In this document: positions 49,208 to 49,606 of the stretch, one piece after another
Numbering within the stretch: the stretch's first letter is position 1
Layout: every line of letters begins with the position of its first letter
Assembly (NCBI GenBank): GCA_903929735.1
Contig: CAIYVW010000043.1
Coordinates: 1-49,606, forward strand
DNA from: an uncultured bacterium
Lineage (GTDB): Bacteria > Patescibacteriota > Minisyncoccia > Phycocordibacterales > UBA9973
Direction of reading: 5' to 3'
DNA length: 49,606 nt
The notes under the pieces: generated by a model
Database searches by the model: none
What the model was told of the DNA's origin: nothing
The model's input: the letters and a program-made list of their open reading frames with translations, nothing else
Translations under genes and position numbers: made by a program

Positions 49208-49606
49208 ATGAATATAACTGAAAAAATAGAAAAAGGATCAAATAATATAGTATTTGTTTATACTATTTGTGCCGATAAAGCAGAGGCTCTGTCTTTGGGT
49301 TATAGTGCTATTTTAAATAAATTAGCTATATCTATGGATTACTGGAATATCGATTCTATCTATCCATGGCAGGGGGTAATACAAGAAGTATCTCAGCTTA
49401 TTTTGATGTTTTCTACTGAAAAATATTTAAGTAGTAAATTAATGAAACATATAGAATCAGAGCACTCTTATAATATCCCTATGGTAATTTGTAGTGATAC
49501 AAATATAGCTAATATTCCTTATTCACTCTGGGTTACTAATACTTTAAAGAGTGAAGATAAATACACAACGATATTAGAAAACAAAGAAGACATTAATAGT
49601 CTAAAT
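49208..49606 (+). CDS. cutA: CutA divalent-cation tolerance protein (runs off the window end)
   Basis: Hand translation: VYTIC..., IDSIYPWQGVIQE, HSYNIP, YSLWV. Confidence 0.8.
   Translation, partial: MNITEKIEKGSNNIVFVYTICADKAEALSLGYSAILNKLAISMDYWNIDSIYPWQGVIQEVSQLILMFSTEKYLSSKLMKHIESEHSYNIPMVICSDTNIANIPYSLWVTNTLKSEDKYTTILENKEDINSLN

Noticed and set aside
1..49606. Alternative genetic code (UGA read as Gly or Trp)
   Set aside because: Conserved genes are uninterrupted under code 11 and TGA ends genes at 9854, 11996 and 22624.

Overview
AT-rich bacterial chromosome segment. TGA is used as a stop, which fits genetic code 11. Gene content and style point to a Patescibacteria/CPR (Parcubacteria-like) genome; this is an inference from the tandem VirB2/TrbC-like pilins, degenerate PriA, short S1 and the sigma-region-4/HTH protein. 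Core genes include hpf, fmt, def, hisS, lepB, pth, rpsA, gyrA, gpmI, trxB, ftsZ, ftsA, ybeY, rpsU, priA, mreB, frr, rseP, typA, mltG, mnmA and cutA, plus tRNA-Glu, tRNA-Ser and tRNA-Val. The most notable non-core structures are: (1) small accessory genes downstream of tRNA-Glu, separated by degenerate copies of the tRNA 3' end and a shared 20-bp motif, resembling a tRNA-anchored cassette array with no integrase in the window; (2) a 173-bp highly structured mini-element bounded by tRNA 3'-end direct repeats; (3) a RAYT-like HUH transposase carrying three copies of its own hairpin, two of them inside the reading frame; (4) a dispersed structured non-coding motif found after tRNA-Val and after ftsZ; (5) at least 11 genes with a -10 box exactly 6 nt before the ATG, suggesting widespread leaderless translation; (6) a Bacteroidota-like primary sigma factor; (7) three short ORFs missing from the ORF track. 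All protein calls come from motif recognition by eye; no database searches were run.
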